DNA of 63,286 nucleotides, filler included, from Octopus bimaculoides (GCF_001194135.2; 4 parts of 3 records of this genome joined end to end with filler, not necessarily neighbours in it), one strand, 5' to 3'. Shown: positions 49,948 through 63,272, counted from the whole stretch's first letter. Made by a program: numbers and translations. Notes: a model not told the origin generated them from the letters alone.

Positions 49948-51219
49948 TATATATATATATATATATANNNNNNNNNNNNNNNNNNNNNNNNNNNNNNNNN
50001 NNNNNNNNNNNNNNNNNNNNNNNNNNNNNNNNNNNNNNNNNNNNNNNNNNNNNNNNNNNNNNNNNNNNNNNNNNNNNNNNNNNNNNNNNNNNNNNNNNNN
50101 NNNNNNNNNNNNNNNNNNNNNNNNNNNNNNNNNNNNNNNNNNNNNNNNNNNNNNNNNNNNNNNNNNNNNNNNNNNNNNNNNNNNNNNNNNNNNNNNNNNN
50201 NNNNNNNNNNNNNNNNNNNNNNNNNNNNNNNNNNNNNNNNNNNNNNNNNNNNNNNNNNNNNNNNNNNNNNNNNNNNNNNNNNNNNNNNNNNNNNNNNNNN
50301 NNNNNNNNNNNNNNNNNNNNNNNNNNNNNNNNATATATATATACATATATATTTAAGAATTTAAGGATTGGAGAAAACGCATGTTATAATTGCATACTTT
50401 ATTCCTACATATGTTTCAAAGGATTACAACCTGTGTGATCCATAGGGATCTTTGATATTAAAATTGTAACCTTCTCATCAGGGAAAGCATGGGAATCATC
50501 TTAAACGTAAGACATTATGACCGATTATGAAAACAATAGATGGATAAGGTTATGACTTGATTCATTTGAAAAAAAACCGTTAGAGAATTGGACGCTGCCG
50601 GATAGTGGGTTGGACAACACATACCAATAAATGTGTGAGAGCGTACATGCATACATAAATACACATACACACCCATTTATTCTATCAGAAGAATTTTTCT
50701 TCATTAAGATAGAATACACATAATTATATATATATATATGTATGTATGTGTTGGTGCATAATTATTGCGGCTTTTTTTTCAGCAAATTATATTCAGCAAA
50801 AAAAAAAACAATAATAACGTATAAGAAAAACATCTTTAAATGGTTATTCTGGAGAATATTGACCATCTACTTCAATTACTGCTTCCAATTTGCTTGGCAG
50901 ACGGTCAGAACATTATTTAAAGATGTTTTCGTTAAATATTTTTATTGTTTTTGTTGAATAAAATTTGTTGCAAAGAAGCCGCAATAATTATTCACCAACC
51001 CAACATATATTTTGATTGGCTAACCGCTAACTCCACAAGTATTTTATTCTCTCGTTGTTTATTTCCTCGTGTTTGTTTCTGTTGAAGAGCGCAAGCTCGA
51101 TACATAACAGACTTTCTCACCTTCCCGAACGTCAGATTAATACACCTGCTGGTTGTTTACACACCTGTGTTCGTCTTTTGTTTCTCTGTAAATTTCAACT
51201 ATATATATATATGTATATA

Positions 51220-51352
51220 GGGCGAGCTTCTTTCAGTTTCCGCCTACCAAATCCACTCACAAGAATTTTATCGGCGCGTGGCTATAGCAGAAGAAATTTG
51301 TCCGAGTTGCTATGCAGTGGGACTGAACCCAGAACCATGTGGTTGGAAGTGG
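51220..51352 (-). mobile_element. SINE family B/C head
   Basis: gcttctttcagtttccgcctaccaaatccactcacaag...tatagcagaaga...gcagtgggactgaacccagaaccatgtggttggaag. Confidence 0.85.
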
Positions 51353-51406
51353 TCTATGTATGTACATATATGCGTGTGTGTGCGTGTTTATGTGTTTGTT
51401 TGTGTT

Positions 51407-51437
<31 letters not shown>

Positions 51438-52494
51438 NNNNNNNNNNNNNNNNNNNNNNNNNNNNNNNNNNNNNNNNNNNNNNNNNNNNNNNNNNNNNNN
51501 NNNNNNNNNNNNNNNNNNNNNNNNNNNNNNNNNNNNNNNNNNNNNNNNNNNNNNNNNNNNNNNNNNNNNNNNNNNNNNNNNNNNNNNNNNNNNNNNNNNN
51601 NNNNNNNNNNNNNNNNNNNNNNNNNNNNNNNNNNNNNNNNNNNNNNNNNNNNNNNNNNNNNNNNNNNNNNNNNNNNNNNNNNNNNNNNNNNNNNNNNNNN
51701 NNNNNNNNNNNNNNNNNNNNNNNNNNNNNNNNNNNNNNNNNNNNNNNNNNNNNNNNNNNNNNNNNNNNNNNNNNNNNNNNNNNNNNNNNNNNNNNNNNNN
51801 NNNNNNNNNNNNNNNNNNNNTATATACTTGTCTGTGTGTTGCTCACAACCCCTACTCTCATCTCTTAATATATAAATTGTTATTTAAGAAAATGAAATTT
51901 CGTATCCAACGGCAACATTACAGGATTAATGGAGTCGCAGGAAATGCACTTTGGTAGCAACAGGTGATGCCCTGATTATTTCACAGCATGTTCAAATATT
52001 CAAGCTAGCGTAAAGTCACTTGATATCTTCACCGTGTGATATCTCCATGGCAACCGCGTGTCACAATAAAATATATATACTTTGAGCAATAAATTTTAGT
52101 AATAATCATTGCTAACATCCGCTCATGACTATATTTTTGTAGGTGGGAACACGATTAAACTGACAAGAGTAATAAATTGATATTTTCTCTTTCTTTTTCT
52201 CATATTTTTCTTTAGTGATTGGCCAAGGCAAATTCCAACTACTCTGGGGTTTGAACTCAAACCGTAAGGATATATAAAGGCAAATAAATATACAGATCGT
52301 TGACCTCTTCTGGCATTGAAAGTCTCTTCGTATTCACTGCTTTTTAGAAATAATGATTTATGACGCGATCAATATTTAAAGTTAAACATAGACAGTAATA
52401 AAGGAAATCAAATATACGACCGAATAGTGTGTATTTGATACAAACAATAACAACATCAATATTAATATTGCTCTCAATTTTTGGTAAAGACCCA

Positions 52495-52600
52495 GTAATT
52501 TCGGAGGAGGGAGAAAGACAATTACGTCGAGTCCAGTACTGAACAGGTATTTATTACATCGATCACGAAGGTGAAAGGCAAAGACGACCTCGACGGAATG
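52495..52600 (-). mobile_element. SINE family A fragment
   Basis: gtcgagtccagtactgaacaggtatttattacatcgatcacgaaggtgaaaggcaaagacgacctcgacggaat. Confidence 0.65.
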
Positions 52601-52728
52601 ACATTGATATAAATATTTTAATATATCTTGAAGTGGGTCACAAATTCTGCACATGACTTTCAATTTAGCAGCCGTAGATGGCCAGTGCAATTCACACACA
52701 TGCACACACATATATATATATATGTATG

Positions 52729-52764
<36 letters not shown>

Positions 52765-52770
<6 letters not shown>

Positions 52771-53715
52771 ACGGTTGGATAAAATAATAGAAACACCTCG
52801 AAATTTCAATCAAATTTATTTTAATATGCGTAGGACCGTCTTTCACAGTAAATACACCTTGAATTTTAGGAGGTATTGACTCGTACAAAGTTGGAATTGT
52901 TTCCAAAGGAATTGTTTTCCATTGTTCAGGTAAAACAATCTTCAGTTCTTCTAGTGATGACGGTGGAGGATATCGGCTCCTTACTTTAGTCTTGACTATT
53001 AATTCTGCCATGAAGGGAAACCTTTGGGCCGGCGGATTTCCCAGATATAGCCCCCAGATCATCACAGATCCTCCTCCATGGTCAACAGTTGGAAGAATGC
53101 ATTCTGAGTCAAATGCTTCTTTTAGCTCTCTCCACTTGCATACTCGGATTGTGATTGCAAATAAGGTAAAGGATGACTCGTCGAAGAAAATAACATTCTT
53201 CCACTGCTCTAGGGACCAATTTTGTAGGTTTTTACTCCGCTCTAAACGCTATGTAACGTTTGTTTCTGAAAGTAGTGGTTTTCTGATTGCGGCCCTCTTC
53301 AGAAATCTGACATTGTGCAGCTCCGGCGAACAGTTTTTGTGGAAACTGGGCTCTCGAAGTGGTCATTAAGCTCTGCAGTAATTTTGGGAACTACGTTTGT
53401 GATCCTTTGTTAACAATTCGCGTAAGTGTTCGACAGTCCCTATCTGGAAAAATTGGTTTTCTTCCAAAGTTTTGTTTCGACAAGGAGGTTTTTCCTTCTT
53501 TCTCAAAGGCTGTCATTGTTTTCGAGACAGTACTTCTTGATACTTCAAACATTTCGACTGTTTTCGTTACGCTAGCGCCTGCCATACCAGCACCAACAAT
53601 TTGACCAGTTCGAAAGTGCGATAGATCTGTCATTTTAATGAATTTTAATTACCTTTTACTAATGATATCTGAAAAGAAACAGCAATTTTAGCAAAATATA
53701 TTAAGCAACACTGAC
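52765..53715 (-). mobile_element. Internally deleted, decayed Tc1 transposon
   Basis: MTDLSHFRTGQIVGAGMAGASVTKTVEMFEVSRSTVSK...GRKP; RAAIRKPLLS; PTVDHGGGSVMIWG; SRYPPPSSLEELK...YESIPPKIQGV. TIR-like TACACAACGGTTGGATAAAATAATAGAAACACCT at the 3' end. Confidence 0.88.
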
Positions 53716-53852
53716 CCACCAACGGCAATGTGTTACAGTTCAGGGACGAAACAAGCGATGAACGTTGGATACCGTCCGACGACATCAGTTCCGCCTAGCC
53801 ATGACTCCATTCACATAGGTGAATTGATAAAGCACCTCCTTAAAGATGTTAT

Positions 53853-53892
<40 letters not shown>

Positions 53893-55987
53893 ACACACAT
53901 ACACACACACACACACACATACACACACACAAAATATGGAGGTTTAGTTCACAGGTGTTCTAAACCATTAGGTACGTTAGGTAAGTGCTGTAATGAATTG
54001 TGGTGGCTCCAAGGTTATAACGGAGATGGTATTTATGGAACCATTGCAGATTTCCGATATAGTGCATATATAATTGTTAAAGAGGACAACAAATGTTAAG
54101 GCAAGGCAAACACCTCAAGTCATACACATGATTATATAATTCTACAGCCACTGACTTTAGCCAGAACGGACACACGCATTTACTATTAGATTTCCTCTCT
54201 AACCGCTATAGACTTGAATAATACAACTGGCACCTATTATTCTCTTTAAATTCCCTTTCCTTTTGCTCTATTTTCTTTATTTTGTTTTTATACATTAATG
54301 TCCTTTAGCTCCTCCTCCTTCTCCCCTCCCCNNNNNNNNNNNNNNNNNNNNNNNNNNNNNNNNNNNNNCCTCTTTCTCCACTCTCTTAACTTCTGGGCTA
54401 TCTTTGTACATTATATTATTAGACACTATATTTTTTATATACTTTACTTTATGCTTAACGCCAATCCTTAAATTCCTCCCTCACTCTACTTCTCTTTCTA
54501 TTTATTTACGTTTCTTTCCTTTTACCACATAATAGCCACCTCCGCTATTATTCTCTTATTGAACGTTGATATGCTCGAATCTTTTTTCTAGATATTTATA
54601 TCAGGACTATAAAGTACGTAGATTTACGCAGAATTGCACCTTAGGACTAATAGACGTATTTCTACGAGATTGGAAAGTTGTTTCTTCTCTGTCTTCATTT
54701 CCTTATTCCTTTACACCTGTCCTGTATATCGTCAGTTCATCGACCTAACCTTTCTCATTTTCCCTATTTGTATCCAATGTCGGAATATCCCATACTCCGA
54801 GATATCCCAGAAACAGCTGTAAGACTTTGAATCGTTTTTTCTAATAATAATAATGTATATGAGTTGAGATACTCACCTTGCTTTAACGTTTGTTGTCCTC
54901 ATTAACAATTNNNNNNNNNNNNNNNNNNNNNNNNNNATATATATACATATATGGGTGTATGTGTTTGCGTGTTTATAGGTTTGTATATGTAACATATATA
55001 ATTAAATATCTCGTGATTTTGCGTAAGTATAGAAAAGGATATATGGAAAAAGATATACAATATTGTTTCTAAAAGAGAGCTAGGTAAACTCCAACCGGAA
55101 TTAAACTGATTATATTTAGCAGAATCACAACAATTGTTGCGGTAATTCAACTGCATAGCTGGTGTTGATATTCGTAATTGACGTATTTATGTTTCAATCA
55201 CATGCAAGTGATTATTGCAACATATGCATTTTGAAACCCTCCGCCTGTTAATATTTATAATAATATTAACGATTTTGTACATTTTAGTGTAAGACCCATA
55301 ATTTGTAAATGGAAAACACTCGTTCTTAGAGAAAATGGTAATTACCCAGTGAACATAAATGAACAAATCTAATTGCCGTAAAGCATTTCGCGCAGCACCT
55401 CACTCATTTCGAAACCCATTGCCGTGTTTTATTACAATATCAAAGCAAACTATTAAATGCATACGTTGGTCCATATCGTCTAATCTTGTTGTAGATCTCA
55501 ATGATCAATCTAGGATACAAGGCTACAAAAACTGCATTGAGGACAACGTGGTTGGACGGTTCAGAGGATCACAATCAAGAGGTCTTGTAGCATTTTATGT
55601 GTGTGTCGCTTTATTATTTATTGAGAGTATTTCATGCCTTGAGAGTGAAACGAGATATATTGTAATTGTAAAAGCACGACGAATAAACCTTGCCTAAAGG
55701 TCAAATTTGAAGCCTTGTACTTATTTTGTCACACAGACTGACCGAATTTGAGTTCAGGGTGTGTGTGTCACTGATAACGTAGACGCTCATACTATGATTA
55801 GATTATATTGAAGTCTCACCCGACTATTTTGTTTCTATTCCATTCTCTATATGTAGTGTGAGTTACTACTGTAACTACACAATGTGCTTGAGCACTCTTC
55901 TGCACTAATCGAAACTTTCGGATTTCTTCGGCCATGCTTTCTCCATTGAGCGGGAGACGTGCTGATGTCTTCTCCGTTGAGACTTAC

Positions 55988-56077
55988 TGATGTTCAAAAC
56001 AAAAACTGAGCCTCTTAATTTCGTAGTACTTGGAGTGTCAACAATTAAGGATACATTATAGATACTCGTTTCTTTTT
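55988..56077 (-). CDS. Candidate phase 1-1 exon, product unknown (KETSIYNVSLIVDTPSTTKLRGSVFVLNI)
   Basis: Acceptor ctcttgtattactgcgttag|, 90 nt open, donor A|gtaagt. No homology recognised. Confidence 0.2.
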
Positions 56078-56404
56078 CTAACGCAGTAATACAAGAGCGA
56101 TCAGAGTGGCCGATAATTAGAAATAATCGACAATAATCGCACATGCTTTACTAATATTTCCATTCCGTTATTCCTGAAACCAATATATCTATGCTGATTG
56201 AAGTCGTCCCAGCATTCCATTAGCAAGCTGCAACTTGTCTGGAGTGCTTCAGTGGTTTTGGAATTAAATTTTGCTAATAAAAAAATAGGCAGAATCTGAA
56301 TTCAGAATGCGAAGATCCGGTACATATAACGCAAAGTATCTAATCTGGCACTTTAAATTCTTTTGACCAATCAGTGCTAATCTGAGAAAGCTAAAGTACA
56401 ATAT

Positions 56405-56504
<100 letters not shown>

Positions 56505-57308
56505 ACTTGCTGCTGCTACTGGTTCTACAAATCAACAATCGATCCTTAATAGTGTCTGCTCGCTAAAGGAGGTACCAGCTTAAAGACTTACAAAGGAAAA
56601 AAGACAATGCATAATGTTGTACGCAGATTTGTTCTGATTAAAAAAGATGGTCACGACAAGAACGCCCCAGTTCAGAAGACTATCGATCAGGGCAGGTCCC
56701 GGGTTGAACATGACATCAATAGCATCAAATGTAATTATGTATACATTTCAAATACAATCAGATTTAAAGCAATGTTATCACGAAAGAGTCGAGAGAGCAA
56801 GTGGTTTTGTTATCGCTGTTACTTGATGAAGCATTGCCCCCGGAGCGATTTCCTGCAATACATGCATACATTCATACATACATACATACATACATACATA
56901 TACATACATACATACATACATAAATACATGCATACATACATAGATACATAGATACATAGATAGATACATACTTACATACATACGTACGTACGTACACACA
57001 CACACANNNNNNNNNNNNNNNNNNNNNNNNNNNNNNNNNNNNNNNNNNNNNNNNNNNNNNNNNNNNNNNNNNNNNNNNNNNNNNNNNNNNNNNNNNNNNN
57101 NNNNNNNNNNNNNNNNNNNNNNNNNNNNNNNNNNNNNNNNNNNNNNNNNNNNNNNNNNNNNNNNNNNNNNNNNNNNNNNNAACTTACATGAATATATATA
57201 CATATAAATATATATATATAAACATTCACATATATCTGCATGCGTGTATTTGAGCGTGTATATGTGCATGTCTCTATATACACGCACACACTCACTCGAT
57301 TGTGTATG

Positions 57309-57340
<32 letters not shown>

Positions 57341-57351
57341 GGTGTGGGTGG

Positions 57352-57392
<41 letters not shown>

Positions 57393-58565
57393 CGAGAGAG
57401 AGAGCGAGAGAGAGATAGATAGAGAGAGAGAGTGTGTGTGTTTGTGTGTGTGTGTTAATGTATGTATACGTATGTACTTATTTATGTAATTAAGTGACGT
57501 CTTTCCTAATTTAAGAGTTTAGAAATTTATTTCAAGGACAAACTCTAATACCTGCATTCCGATCTTGCTTTCTTTCTTCAAATTTATCTTGTTTGGTAGC
57601 ATCGTTGTTTGAATATTCGTTGTATATTCTGTGGTCAGTTGTAATGAAACTAAGCTATAATATAAAGCATTTATCGTAAAACATATAATGCCTGTAACCA
57701 GTTTAAAATGAAAAGGCTTTTATTGATAAAATGCAACCGGTTTTTAATAAGCACTATATACAACAATATAGATCCATAACTAAATATGATAGCGAGGTAG
57801 GAGCGCTAAAAAGTGATGTGTATAAACGCAAAGTTATTACCAGTTCGAATATACCAGTGGAACGTTCGAACTCGTAAAGAAGCCATTCGCTTTGTTTTGT
57901 CATGGAACAAACTTCTCGCTGAAGACAAATGGTATAAACACATCCAAATCATCTCTCAACGCCACCTATCCAGACTGTGAGATGTAAGCATTTCTGAGTG
58001 GTTATCTCCCGTAGACAACTACTTCTTTCGGAGTATTTGCCGACAGCGAGAGATTTTCTCCATGACAAAACACAGTGAATGGCATGTTATATTCGAACTG
58101 GTAACAACCATTCCATTTACAAATATCAGTGCTTAGCGCTCCCACCGCGTAATTTACTTAAGGTCAGCCGCCGATTAGCGATACCAACCGATGTACAACG
58201 TCTGGAATTATATAAGAGTGATTCTCTCGGTCTTATCAGCTCGTGGCGCCACCATCCGGTTTCTGTAATTGCAGAGGAGATAACCACTCCAACACGCTTG
58301 CATCACGATGTCTCGATTTGATAAATTTAGTGAAAATATTTCAACTCTACCTTTCGGAAATTAGGCCTCAAAATACCTGATAATACTTATCTGATAAAAA
58401 TCGATCATGCAGATGTTTCCCTAAATTTAAAAACTCACAACGAAACAGTGTCTTTAAATATAATATAAATCATAACCGCCATAGATATAATAAAAATAAT
58501 TAAATTACACCTAAGTATTGANNNNNNNNNNNNNNNNNNNNNNNNNNNNNNNNNNNNNNNNNNNN

Positions 58566-58577
58566 TTAATTAATTAA
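58566..58577. other. Artificial scaffold linker TTAATTAATTAA
   Basis: 44 N + 12-mer + 44 N. Confidence 0.9.
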
Positions 58578-59112
58578 NNNNNNNNNNNNNNNNNNNNNNN
58601 NNNNNNNNNNNNNNNNNNNNNGACATCAACATCTTTCTGTCGACTGCAGTAAGCGTTAGGTCACAGTGATCTGCTGCCGATCATATTTTCAGGACATTTC
58701 ACCTCTTGTTGTTATTACAAGAATAGGTGTAGTACAAGGGAGCTAGCTTCCTCTGCTTAGCGTAGAAGAATAATGTTGAACGTTTAGCAAACTGGAACTG
58801 TCGTGACGCTGCTAACAAGCATTTTAATCTCCTCTTGCTAGCTTTTCACGGGTAGATTAGATATAGACGCGCGCACCCACACCACCCCTCCTTTTGCACG
58901 ATATATTGATCACGCACAATTAGGTGACATTCATTCGAACACAAACATAAACACGCATGCGCACACGCAAAACGACGGTATGTGTGTATGAACGTTTGCG
59001 TACGTATCGGTGAGCGTGTGTTTATGTATGTATATATATTTGTATATGTACATGCGTGTGTTTTTTATGTATATCTATCTCGCCTCTCTCTCTCTCCCTC
59101 TCTCTCTCTTCC

Positions 59113-59161
<49 letters not shown>

Positions 59162-59235
59162 ATATCAAGCTAGCTTCCTCTTTAGATACATAAACATATA
59201 TGCACATACCACTCCCCAAATGCATAATGCACAAA

Positions 59236-59271
<36 letters not shown>

Positions 59272-59654
59272 NNNNNNNNNNNNNNNNNNNNNNNNNNNNN
59301 NNNNNNNNNNNNNNNNNNNNNNNNNNNNNNNNNNNNNNNNNNNNNNNNNNNNNNNNNNNNNNNNNNNNNNNNNNNNNNNNNNNNNNNNNNNNNNNNNNNN
59401 NNNNNNNNNNNNNNNNNNNNNNNNNNNNNNNNNNNNNNNNNNNNNNNNNNNNNNNNNNNNNNNNNNNNNNNNNNNNNNNNNNNNNNNNNNNNNNNNNNNN
59501 NNNNNNNNNNNNNNNNNNNNNNNNNNNNNNNNNNNNNNNNNNNNNNNNNNNNNNNNNNNNNNNNNNNNNNNNNNNNNNNNNNNNNNNNNNNNNNNNNNNN
59601 NNNNNNNNNNNNNNNNNNNNNNNNNNNNNNNNNNNNNNNNNNNNNNNNNNNNNN

Positions 59655-59719
<65 letters not shown>

Positions 59720-60699
59720 AGATTACTTCAAAATTATTATAAAGTATCACCTACTCCAGGATCACAAAGTCATCGTGCAAAATAAAAAAAATAAAAAAGA
59801 ATAATGATATAAAGAAGTATGAAACATTAAAGAAAGCACACTATTTTCTGCCTTCGAAGAAAGCAACATATTTAAACAGAAGTTGGGATAACAGAGAGAA
59901 AAAGGCGAGGAAGAAGATGAAGACAACAACTCAGTCATTGGTTTCAAAATAAAAACTAACTAGAAACTAAACAGTAAATCTCGTGCAGCGACATTGAAAA
60001 GCATAAACATGGCCGACAACTGACAGGATTGAACTAAACAAAGCTAGAGAGCGTAAAGAAAAATTCGGCATTGGTTGGGTGAGTTTTATTGCGGCCCTAA
60101 ACCAAAACCTTCCTGCTGAAAATTGATAAAAACATGAAGCGGAATACAAAAGTTTTCTTTAAAATATGAGCTCTGAGTCATGCACTCTTCAACCCGTACG
60201 GAGGTTTTTTGATGTACGTCTGCTTTGTTCGGCCATGTTTGAGTTTTTCTTATCAATGTCTGTACACGAGATTTAAATGGTTCCTGTGTGGGTTTTTTCT
60301 GTGTTGTTTTCTTCATTTTCCTCTCATTTTTCTCTAGTTTACTTCAATTTCTGCTTAAGTATATTGACTTCCTTCGAGGCATAAACAGTTTCTCTTTGTA
60401 CTTTTTGTTTTGTGTCATCCATTGTACTGCGGCCCTGCTGCGTCACCGCTTTCACGGGTGTGTTTTGTCAAACAAATTAACACCGGGACTTTTAAAAAAT
60501 AAACCTGGTAGGTGCTTATTGTATCAGTGGTTTCCAACAGACAAACCGCCAAGTTACTGGAACGTAAACAAAACAACACTGGCTGTAAAGCGACAGTAGC
60601 GAGGGTACAAATGCAGGTTCAAACATACACGCGCGCACACATATAATGGGCGGGATTTGAACACAGAACGTTAAGAGTCTGAAGTGCGTTAAGTAAAAG

Positions 60700-61005
60700 A
60701 ATAGAAAAATAAAAGATGTGACAGAGTAAGTAGTTATATCCTCTAAGCAATGTGCCAACATTACAACATAAAAACTAACAAGAAATGGCATAAGCAAGGT
60801 ACATAACAACGACCAGGCTACGATCATCTGTGATAAGAAATTAAAGCTAATCGCCCAGACATAATAAACGAAGATTGGGAAAAGAACACCTAATTGCTGA
60901 TAGACATTGCATTCCCTTCTGACCAAAATATTGAGCAAAAAGAAGTGAAGAAATTACCAAAGTATAAAAATCTCGAAATTGAAGTATTCAAGATGTGGGA
61001 CATGT
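60700..61005 (+). mobile_element. R4/Dong-clade LINE fragment (zinc-knuckle-adjacent region and RLE)
   Basis: RCDRVSSYIL*AMCQHYNIKTNKKWHK...IKANRPDII...LLIDIAFPSDQNIEQKEVKKLPKYKNLEIEVFKMWDM. Confidence 0.85.
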
Positions 61006-61139
61006 TGTGAATGGCATCCCGGCTGAGGTAAGTGGGCTGTTCCACCACAAATAAATAGTGGATAGACACGAGTGGAGTCAGCCGGCGAGGTACGCCGTTC
61101 GGGCCAGTCATGCAGACGACGAAGAACGTCGTTATAATG

Positions 61140-61402
61140 TGGAACATTTAATTGTCGGAGCCCTGGGAACAGTGAGTAAAAATCTTAAGAAGTACATGGA
61201 ACAAATGGGAGCTGCAATAAGGGTGGAGCACTTGCAGAAAACAGCACTGCTTGGAACCGCTCGAATACTTCGGATGGTGCTCAAAAAATAAGGGGTGTTA
61301 CCTTAGTTCACTGGGAGGGAACAGCTGACACTGAAATACATCTCCAGCGTTAGAAGCTGTGCAAACACAATAAAATAAAAATAATAATAATAATAATAAT
61401 AA
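61140..61402 (+). mobile_element. R4/Dong-clade LINE 3' end of a second subfamily, with (TAA)n tail
   Basis: IVGALGTVSKNLKKYMEQMGAAIRVEHLQKTALLGTARILRMVLKK*, then a 3' UTR of about 85 bp and a (TAA)n tail. Confidence 0.88.
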
Positions 61403-61590
61403 TCTTTTCCACTAAAGGCACAAAGCCAGCAAGTTCAGGAGAGGAGATAAGTCGATTACATCGATCCAAGTGCTTAATTAGTATCGATCTTATCGATCCC
61501 GAAAGAATGAAAGCCAAAGTTGACCTCGACCGGATTTGTACTCAGAACGTAAAGATGGACGAAATACCGCTACGCAATTTTCCCTGCGTG
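61402..61590 (-). mobile_element. SINE family A, tail variant 1
   Basis: aatcttttccactaaaggcacaaagcc...gtcgattacatcga...gaaagaatgaaagccaaagttgacctcg...ctcagaacgtaaagatggacgaaataccgc. Confidence 0.85.
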
Positions 61591-62289
61591 ATTATGATGA
61601 TGATGATGATGATGATGACGACGACGATGATTAATAGACTGCAGTAACCAATTACACATGTGACTGGTTTTAATAATTTTAAACTGAACTTATCAGATCG
61701 GAAACATTTACGCCATCTTAATGAATTCGAAAAGAAAATTGTAATTTAATATGAAAAATAAATAAATATATAAATAAACAATAAAAATTTTAAAAATAAA
61801 AATGGAAGACAAAACAAAAACAAAAACAAAAACAAAAACAAAAGCAAAACGAAAATCGTGTTGCAGGGTAAGTTCGTAAGAAACGTTTGTTTACAGGCAC
61901 GATCTTCATTCGTCCTCACCTGCTCCGACACGTGACGTTAGTTTAACTACTGTATTTTGTTTTAAAACTGCAATTCATCAAGAACTAACGAACTAACATC
62001 GTCTGTTTGTTTGTCAAATTACTTCATCCTTTTTCTTCTCTGTTTTCTTTTCGTTGTTCTCTTCGTGTGCATTCAGCGTTTTAGTAATGAGTCGCGTGAA
62101 ATAGGAATGCTTTATTTCATGTGCGGTGATTGCAGTAATGATAAAACGAAGTTATTGATCCCCGAATTTATCAGTTGCATCATTTATAGAGAGTTACACG
62201 TTTAGAGACGGCTGCATGAGAGCAGCAAGGATCTAAAAGTTTTACTCTCGTTCACAGCGCATGTCTTAGCAGTAGATATAGCATAATCG

Positions 62290-62535
62290 ATCAAGACTAA
62301 AAGTCTTTCGCAGGCCATAGGCTCACAGGGCCAGCATTCAGAATTCTGAAGCGTTTGTATTACGTCGCACCCGACACTCGACGCCAGTTCATCTCAGGAT
62401 GAACTCATTTTTGCGAGCTCAATGGGTTGGATCGAGGTGAAATGAAGTGTTTTGCTCAAGATCAACGCATCGCCTAATCTAGGAATAGAAACTACAATCT
62501 TACGATCACCAGTGCAGCGCTCTAACCACGAGCCT
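62290..62535 (-). mobile_element. SINE family E, near full length
   Basis: gacgccagttcatctcagg...actcatttttgcgagct...gtgaaatgaagtgttttgctcaaga...gcgctctaaccacgagc. Confidence 0.7.
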
Positions 62536-62604
62536 CCACAGATATACTACGATGCCTACTGTAAGGTATTATGTATCTATATGTATATATATGCATATAG
62601 AGCA

Positions 62605-62765
62605 GGCTTCCACATAGTTTCGGTCTACCAAATTCACGCACAGAGCACTGGTCGGGCCAGTGCTATTGTAGAAGACACATGCCCAAGGTGCAATGCAGCG
62701 ATACTGAACCCCGCGCCTTGTGGTTACAAAGCGAGCCTTTTAACTTCATGGCCATTCCTGCGCCT
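62605..62765 (-). mobile_element. SINE family B/C head
   Basis: gtttcggtctaccaaattcac...tattgtagaagacacatgcccaaggtgc...actgaacccc...catggccattcctgcgcc. Confidence 0.8.
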
Positions 62766-63159
62766 ATGGAACAGGTTGTATACATAAGTTTAACCCTAAA
62801 GCAACAGGAAATGGTTGCCAGAACGTGTGTACCAAATGGGGAAAAGACAAAAAACACATCTCTTTTTCTTAAGAGTGATTTTCAGTTTAGATAAGTTCAA
62901 AAACTATAATAACTGTTAGTCTCTCGCACAATAAAATTTACAATCTCATTATCGAACAGAGCCGTAAAATATTCACTTTCTTTTGATGATGGCCGTCTCC
63001 ATATAAAATGCTTGGAACATTAATTGATGATGTCTGCTGTTTGAAGGTTAATGTAGTTGTTTATAATAAAGAGGTGCAAAACACTTGTATAAATTAGTGT
63101 TTATGAAGATGTTGCCGAAGATGGCTTTGATGTTTACATTTTGTATTCTACTATCGGTG

Positions 63160-63272
63160 CAGACGTGGTTGTGTGGTAGGAAGTTTATTTCCCAATCGCA
63201 CGGTTCCTTGTTCTGTTCCTCTCTGTGGCAGCACCTTGGACAAGTGTCTTCCGCTATAGCCTCAGGCCGACT
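63160..63272 (+). mobile_element. SINE family B/C head, truncated
   Basis: gacgtggttgtgtggtaggaagtttatttcccaatcgcacggttcc...gcaccttggacaagtgtcttccgctatagcctcaggccgac. Confidence 0.82.

Noticed and set aside
55359-55697. 112-aa non-repetitive ORF
   Set aside because: No recognisable domain; length is within chance expectation for a 63-kb window read in six frames.
60027-60078. Micro-exon candidate IELNKARERKEKFGIGW ending in a strong gtgagt donor
   Set aside because: The acceptor has no polypyrimidine tract, the segment is short, and it has no supportable partner exon.
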